Shown piece by piece: positions 55,814 to 64,000 of a stretch of DNA of 64,000 bases. The translations under genes and the position numbers were made by a program. Each line of letters opens with the position of its first letter. Position 1 is the first letter of the stretch. The stretch comes from Lama guanicoe (lineage: Eukaryota): the NCBI GenBank assembly GCA_013239625.1, contig MU053792.1, positions 948,112 to 1,012,111 of the forward strand, written 5' to 3'. The notes beneath the pieces are model-generated. The model worked only from the letters and a program-made list of their open reading frames with translations. It searched no databases and was not told the origin of the DNA.

Positions 55814-58800
55814 CAACCCTGAATTAAGTTCCCCATCATCTCACCACTATGAAAAAAGCTATTTGGAGAGCGGATTTTCTTACCTAGGATTCCCCTAAAC
55901 CATAAAAGGCAAAGGCAAGTAAGCACAATGCCCGGGCCCACGTGCATTCTGTGAAAGGTCGTGGTCAACATGCCTGGGCTCTCAGATGTGGTTACACATT
56001 CAGCTCAAATGCAGTCACTTCTTGTTGCTTCTTCTCCTTCCATTTTTAAGTGAAAGCGATCCATTTCAATTGAGTTTATTTGGTAAAATAGAATTTACAG
56101 AGTTTAAATAGAATGTAAGAGAATAAAAGGAGTAATTAATGTAAAAAATAGCTCACAATAGTTTTCTTCTTTCTCTGACCTGCTTGGCAGATCCCTATTA
56201 CAGCTTCTCTGATGCTTAATCAGGACAAGATTATCCCTTGTCATCCATATGGGCCTCTAACATCGATTTTGAAATCTTTGTCTGAAATGTATGATGGGAA
56301 TTCCAAAGCAATAGAAAAATTTGTGGCAGCAAAGATCTGCTGGCTCTGTCCCTTTTTCACCTGACTCTTTATGACTTCCTTAGGCTTGCTTATAATTATT
56401 TTTTCAGGGCTCCTTTTTCTTTTTTGTCTGGATAAAAAAGACTTCTTAACCTAGTCTCGAAAAACGAGTAAAGTAACTTTATGTACATTTTTAAAGTCAT
56501 TTGATGATTCTTATTAATATCATGTAAATGTGACACATTCCATAAAATAGAACAGATGTTCAAATGGCCCTTGCTGACATGGCTTATGCTGCATTTTAAG
56601 TGGCAATCTAAGGAGGCCTTTAGACCTAAACTGGTTACATAAAGAAATTAAGTCTTTAGTCAGACAGTTGTGGAAATAGCAGGCACGTTTAACAGGCAAG
56701 GAACTCTCGAAATCCTGAAAAATGTTTCTAAATACTAATTATCAAGTGCCTTCATTTAAGAAAAGTAAATTTTACATGTGATAGTATTAAGTGAGTTTTA
56801 TTGAGGGACCACAAGGAAATGTGGATTAATTATGAACCAAGCAGTGACTTACTTATTGGTGAATTATATTATACTAACCAAATATAGGTACATACACACA
56901 CATGTATGGATAGCAGTGTGAAACTGAACTGTTTTTACATGGCCTGTTGGATGTTATTAGAAAGACAATGTCTCAGAATAACTTTGTAGAAAGCTTTATT
57001 CCAAACAATTTTCTCAACATGAAGCTTTTGTTTCCTTATCCATTTTTTATTTTGCTTTTTTGTTATCTATTGTGCTGGGAAACTGTCGTTGGATATGGCT
57101 AATAACCCTGTTAAATAAACCTCTCATGAAATGGTTTTAGTTTTCTCAAAAGAATGGTCTAAACCAACATATAAAATAATTGGGATACCACTTCATTAAA
57201 AAAATCTAATAGAAATGTTTAAGGCTAAAACGAAGTGGATTATAAGAATAATTTCCTCTGAAATAGAATATTTTAGTTTCAATTCATTGAAAGACAAATT
57301 TATTTAGCTTCCTATGGACAAAAAATAAATTAGAACAATTATTTTCTTCCAACAGCATTTTTTTAAATAAAATGTTTCTAGCTTCACTGAATATTCATTC
57401 ATTCCTACATTTCAGTCTGGTCCTTTTGGAGATTAAACTGATAACTTGATATTGCTCACTTTAGGACGTACATTAATTATTTTACACCATTAATGTGGGA
57501 CTAACTGAGGAATGTGGGAACAGCTAATTATTTATTTAGCATTTAGTAAATGGCAGTCTAACTCTTAGAAAGAATTAATACTTTCAAAGTGTGTGGTTTA
57601 CTCATGGGAAATGTTTATTCTTCAATGGATCAGACCATTACAACACTAGAAAATGCACATCACTTACCTGAAATATTACACATTTTAAGAGAATAAATAC
57701 TTTAAGAGGCTGATTAGTGGTGAAACACACGATGCTTTTTATTAGTCAACTAAATGATATTTCACTTGCAAATCAATGTTCAAGTGCTACTCATTAACAT
57801 GAGGTTGCCTTTGTTGTATCTATAATTCATTTGGCATTAAGTAATCATCAGACTCAATCATTATCAAATAGAATATCACAAACTGTATCCAAATTCTCTC
57901 AGTATAGAAGCCACTCCCTAGATTTAATACACATTTCTTGAACGCAGGGAAAACCTCTTAAAAGAGTTAAATGGATCATTTAAAAACTGTAACTTGAAAG
58001 CAAGAAGGAAACCAAGTACGTGGGAAGCAAGAACCCATGACACATTTTTTTAATCCTCTTAGGGAATAATTAGAATGCGTGATCCTTAACTCCCCTATAG
58101 AGGTAAACATGGAAGAAATCTAATCCAGTGTTTGTTGGCAAAGTCCGTATCACATGCAGCATGACTTCCTGGGGGTTAATTACATAATTTAAACAGTCAG
58201 ATTGGACATGTGATCCTGGCTTCTAAATAGCATAGAGTGATTTTAAGAATCAACACAAAATTCAAATTGAAGCTCCCTGGGGGCTCCTACTACCTTTCTC
58301 TTGACTACCCTATGATTTCCAGTCCAAGAAACTGACCCAACGCAAATAAGAAAAGAAGTAAGAATTAAGCTACACTCCATTGTCAGGAAATCAGTACACA
58401 AAAATTAGTGGCTGATTTGTTGATTTGTTTATGCCATTATGTTTTTCCTTCTGGGACTGAATTTACCTTTGTCTCTTATGGGTCGTTGACATTCTTAAAG
58501 AAAAAGGAATTCAAGACACAACTCTTTCTCGATGACTAGTAAATTCTAGTTTATTACTATTTTGCCAAAAAAAAATCCATGTAATTGGTTGATGTTGGTT
58601 ATTTGACAATAAATGAACTGTGAAAGTGAACAGCACCGAATGCTGCAGATTTAATACATTTTGAAGGTAGTTGCATTTGGTTTGGACTCTGGTGGAAGGG
58701 CCTGCAGGATGACAAAATGAGAGGTTTATTTAGCGTCTGGGAGCAGCTTATAAAAGAGCTTAAATCCTCATTCCTTCTAACATCTTAACAGCTGTGCAGT

Positions 58801-58830
58801 TTCTTACAAAATATGTTTTATCGTTTCAAG

Positions 58831-58945
58831 AAATGCTGTTAACCTCGCAGTTTTAAAACTGAATGAACAAGGCCTCTTGGACAAATTGAAAAACAAATGG
58901 TGGTACGACAAAGGAGAATGTGGCAGCGGGGGAGGTGACTCCAAG
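58831..58945 (+). CDS. GRIA4: GluA4 flop cassette exon ([39 protein letters not shown])
   Basis: Acceptor tcgtttcaAG (58829-58830), donor GTcagc at 58946; 115 bp (1 + 38 codons), phase 2/0; NA..N..GSGGGD residues define flop. Confidence 0.97.
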
Positions 58946-61900
58946 GTCAGCCTCAATGTCACCAAAAGCGGGTAAACAGTATGTCAAGTAATAGGTCCAT
59001 CTGCTGGGAGACTTGTACTTTAGACTTACTGATATCCCCCGGATTGCGAGTGAAGTCCCGTCACAGACCTAAGTGTGCAATTACTGTCAAAGCAAAAATA
59101 TTCGCAAACAATCTCAGTGTGGGGGTCACACTAACAAAACTAATTAAAATAGCCACTGAAAATCTCTGGCTTTGAACAAGTTGTGAAGAGTCCTAAGAAC
59201 CTCAGTTCAGGAAAGCAGCAAGCTTTCGAAAGAGCAGTTTTGTGAAGAGGAGAGAGGACAGAGAGGGGCAATTTGTCTTGTTTCCTTCACAAGGACTGCC
59301 ATGAAATTATTTTTAAGTAGCAGCAATAATCTGACTCCATCTAGACCAGGTACCTACCAGAAACTCATTTCTCCACCTAAAACTCTCAGGCTTCCATTAA
59401 ATAGCAAGTTCAATAACAAATCAAAGATAATCATGTGAACGAGGCATTTCCTTTGCCTTCCAGAACTGGATCAAACTACAAAAAGATCAGGCTACAAAAA
59501 CAAGACCAACTCAGCTTTATCTTCACTGCATCCATGTCATATTTCCAGCTTCATAAAATGATCTTTTTTTTTAATTTCTAAGTAGTGTCCAAAGAAAAAA
59601 AAATGTATGCAATTAACAAAAAATTATTAGCTAGTGTCCCAGATCTCTTCTTCACTGTGGATAATTTAAAGAAAACAATTCAGAGATGGGCATCTTCTGA
59701 GTGAATTTTCTTTCCTTATATATCTTCAGTTGGTTTGTAAGACCATTGGAAAATGTGAAGTATGCCCTCTTGCCCTTTCTTTTAAATTCTAGAGCAATGA
59801 CCAGAACAGGAAGTCCTGCTCATCTGCAGGCTCCTGGTCGGGCTACACATTTCTCACTTGCCTGGCTACCGAACCAGGAGGAGGAGGCTGTTTACAGGGA
59901 GTATCTGACAGGGAGGCTGCTAACCTCACCCTCTTCCAGAGCTGATAACTTCCCCTTTACTCCTGATCAGACAAGCCTTCCAAATTCAGCTCACCTGCAT
60001 ATGTCCATCTAATAACCATCCCTGTTACAGGAGGAGAAAGGATCAGCTTTGTCAGATGAATATTCTGGCCACAGAGGAAGGCGGGAAAGAGGAGGAGACA
60101 ACAGAATTGTGTGGACCCAATTCTGATCATCCATCTTCTATCTCCAGAGAGAATCTGAGTCCCTGGAGGGAAAAAAGCAGAGAGAGGCTAGAAGAGAGTC
60201 CTCGGCGGTTCTTCTGAGATGGCTCCCCTTTAAGACACTTCGTTCGAGACACCAACCATATGTTTTCTTAAGAAATATTAACTCTTTTATATTTTGGAGC
60301 CCCAGACTGCCTAGAATGTCCTGATCATTTCCACAAAAATATAAATACATACATATACAATACATAAATAGAAAATTACTCATTTATACTAACAGTCTCT
60401 TCTTCTATGGAAATTAGAAATATAAGAAAATGTACCCTAATAGCCCCAGAGAAAGCAAAAATGAAGATATTCTATTCAATTAGAAAAAAAATATTTTTAT
60501 CACAGATATAAACAAAGTATAACATTGCTTAACAGATAAAATTTTCCACAAAAAATGAATAACAGATTCCTGTTTTAGTGTACATTGAAGACTCTTTCCA
60601 GAGAAAAATAAGCAAGCAGAAACAGAAATGTTCACATCATGGAAAAAACCTATGAACAAAAGTCATTTTAATTTATTTAAATAAGGGATCAGACAACTCA
60701 ATTGAATTTTAATCTGTTTGTATCCAACACACTGGCACGTAATGGACACCAAGTAAAATATTTGGTGTTCAGAAAAATAAATATGAGTCTAACCTTGCAG
60801 TTTTCAGAAATCAAACTGCCTGTTCCTGTAGGTATATGACACATCACTTTCACCAAAGCTGATATTCTAAAATGTTATTTCATATCTTGATGTCATTTTC
60901 TAAAATGTTATAAAATTTAACATAAATGTATGTTAATTACATACATAATTACAGTATGTTCTATTTTCCCCTCAAGAATTTTGTTTTCACATTAGGAAAA
61001 AAATTCTCATAGGTTGTATATTGATATAATATTTATCACCAATAGAATACGTAATAATAATACTCTACTATGAATTTATTTTAAAAGGTGATATTTTAAA
61101 TGGACTGACCTAACTTAGATCAAAGTAAATTACCAGGAGACAGTTGCTGCTTTTTTATTTTTGTTATGTACCTTCTTCGGGTGACTGATTTTATTGTTAA
61201 ACTTCTCTCTCCCCTTCCATTTGGCCTGATCTTTATCCAAAGAGGTGGAAGGAGGAAAGGCGCTGAATTGGAGGATGAGGCTGGCTCTTAAGCCTTTGCT
61301 AATCATAAAGCCAAAGCAGAAGAAAGAAGTAAATGCTGTCAACTTATCTACAAAGCATGTTGCATAAAATGCATATTAGAGGTCTCAGCACAAGTATGCT
61401 ATAATCTGGTGTGATCTAATTTTGAAATACAGACTCTCACTAGGGAAAAACTAACTTTCCTAACAGCGATTCATCTAGCGAAGGGGGGAAAACATGGAAA
61501 GCTGTACCACACATGAATGGGTTCCTATGAGAGGCCAACTGACCCAACCTGTCATTTACAGGATTGGAACAAGGGAAGACATCTCCAGCTTTCCATTCAG
61601 CAGCATGTTATTAAATGTCTGCTTTAAGTGGGCCGTCCCCCAGTATCTATTGGTAAAAAATACTTACTCACTGTCCTTTCCCCCAAAGAGCTTATGACTT
61701 AAAACAATCATTATCTGAATTATTTACAGTCACAGTGACCATTTCCAGTCATACCAATGACTACAAAATAATTAGCAACCCCACTCAAGTGATAGCCATT
61801 CCCAGAGTATGACCAAGGCAGCCCTCAGCCAGAGACACCACAAAAGAAATAAAGAAAAAAGTCTGGTATTTAACATGAAATAATGTGGAAAGGCATCAGT

Positions 61901-63614
61901 TGAGGGGTATGAATTTATTTGTTTGAAAATTTACTTCATTGAATGTTAATATTATTTGGCTGTGGCCTTTTATATGGTCATAAACTCATAGTCATTCTTG
62001 TCAATAAGATAAAAATTTACTAATTGACCATGAACCAATTTAAAAATATCATTCCAATGTCTAAAACTCATAATCCCCTTTGATTAATCTGATATGATTT
62101 AGTCTGAGCTCCAACCCTACACAGAATTTTATGCCAATTTTTAACGTGTGTTGTTTAATCTTGGTTCTAGTTGGAAATTTTGGCCTATAATCATCAATGA
62201 TCCATAATGCTAGTAATATCCACAGAATTATTGTTTTTTTGTTTGTTTTATACTTTATTCTCCTCCTATGTGTCTAAAAATAGGCATACCCATGGATGTG
62301 GATATTCATATTAAAATCATTTTGCAAATGTGATTACTAACTAATGTCCTCTTTAGGAATTATAGTAGATCACACAATATCCAGCTTTTAATTTGGCACT
62401 CTGAAGAATCAGCCCGTTCTTGACTTTAAAATGTTATACTTGCAAATGGCCTTCTCTGCAGCCATGGAAACCAAGGCAATAATAAAGGGATCATTACAGA
62501 AAATTATGCATGCATAAGCAGAAAATAATGGAAAGGAAAAAATGTTGTAAACAAAAATGAATAAGGGAAGGTAATCCTTGGAGAAGGAATCTCCCAGTAA
62601 TGAATTCGTTGCTCAGTGCCTGACATTCCACCAGTTGACCAGTAAGTTTGGTTATTAACAAATATCTTATATTCAAAATTCCAATCTATTCTTAGCCTCT
62701 AAAACCAGGCTACTGGAATGAATGGTGGAAAGAACAAAGAGGCAAGGGGAAAATGAAGCAAGCAAAGGAAATAGTATCTTAAGAAAAGAGAGATAAATCA
62801 AAGTCAGTCTTGGATTTAATCTATAAATTATGTCTTCTATAAGAAACTTGAAGGAAACTGCTTTCTTTTCGTTCTCTTCTCAGCATTAAGTCCATCTCCT
62901 CCCAGCACACAACGAGTGTGACATAGGCTAATATAATGTACCTTACATGTGTGTTAATAAAGCTTTGGTGAGCTAGCCTGAGGATAAAAACCCTTAGTAT
63001 AGATTAAACAAAAACACTTGGTCTGGATTTAAAGTAATTTAAATGTAATAATTTTACAGAGCACCTACCCCAAGTCAGATACACTGGCAAATATTTTTCA
63101 AAGATGAATGAGGTATGGCTTCTGTTCTCAGCTAGTTCACATTTCACCAACCAACCTGCAGCTGTGATTTTGTGACAATTACTTTATATATGGAGGTGGG
63201 GGCTGTAATAAGGGGGTGGAGAGGTTATAGACAGTAAAAGCTAGATTAACTGGAGCTAACCAAGCACCCCAATTAACCATAATCCTCACTCCACCCCAAC
63301 CCCAAACTCAGTTTTTAGTATAAAGTGTTAAATCATGCTGATGCTAATTTTTAATCCAAAAAACAATATAATATTCTAGGTGTGTGGCAAATGCATATTC
63401 ATAAATGGAAAAATAAACTTTGTAAGACCTTATAACACTGACACAAAAATTAAATTGAATTCAAAAAGCAGATAAACAAAAACTTATATTTTGAAAACTT
63501 TTTTCAGAACCAATAGTACAAAAAATAATGGATTTTAGTTTAACTGTTAACCAGAAAGTTCAGTTAGCCAGAACCCTTATTTCCTGAGTCTTCTGTTGTT
63601 AATATTGTTAACTG

Positions 63615-63820
63615 CACAGGCTATGAAGGCAAACCATTATAAACCCTGATTAAGCTAATTTCTAGCTATTTGACTAGATGAGTTAACCTCTCTGTGCTTT
63701 GGTTTCCTCATTTGTAAAATATAAGTAATAATCGTAACTAAACGTAAAATGCTTTTAATAGTCCCTGGTACACAGAAAGTGCTCACTAAGTTCTAGGAAC
63801 CATCCTCACAATCATTATTA
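63615..63820 (+). mobile_element. MIR SINE relic
   Basis: ttaacctctctgtgctttggtttcctcatttgtaaaat...cctggtacacagaaagtgctcactaa. Confidence 0.65.
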
Positions 63821-64000
63821 AAGCATTACCTAGTTGTGAGGATAGGTTTCTGGAATTAACCCCCTGGCACCCAGATAAATGCATGCTATATTTCTCCAAA
63901 CACACTCAACATTTCCTAGAAAAAGTGAGGCAATAGGAGATATAACCAGACATGTCAAGAGGAATGTAAGGAGTGTCTCTCTGAACGTTTGTAAAAGCAT

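Noticed and set aside
60785..60830. aaccttgcagttttcagaaa resembling the NLAVLK start of a flip exon
   Set aside because: Similarity ends after ~15 bp; no [13 protein letters not shown] and no proper acceptor.
61358..61369. tgttgcataaaa, a 12-nt complement of the Q/R-site region
   Set aside because: Lies 50 kb and three introns away, is short and AT-rich; best explained by chance.

Overview
Mammalian genomic DNA, very likely a camelid (two tRNA-Ala-derived Vic-1-type SINEs; no Alu, Bov-tA or PRE-1 seen). The window is the middle of GRIA4 (AMPA receptor GluA4) on the + strand. Five phase-compatible GT-AG exons are present: 4742-4948 (S1 ligand-binding), 10292-10662 (S1 end, M1, M2 with Q/R position), 12622-12820 (M3, SYTANLAAF), 18790-19037 (S2, R/G site) and the flop cassette 58831-58945, which the ORF track misses. 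The flip exon is not in the window. The ADAR R/G editing hairpin is at 19031-19097. The 39.8-kb intron between the R/G exon and flop holds about 15 kb of inserted DNA: a dead 5'-truncated L1, several ERV1-type solo LTRs, and an 8.3-kb two-LTR provirus carrying four nested younger insertions. The most unusual item is an unidentified 803-bp CpG-rich insert (40444-41246) bounded by a perfect 26-bp direct repeat and carrying a decayed full-length reading frame with retroviral leader/Gag-like hints. I found no convincing new multi-gene system. Repeat family names are recognised by eye and need RepeatMasker/Dfam confirmation.
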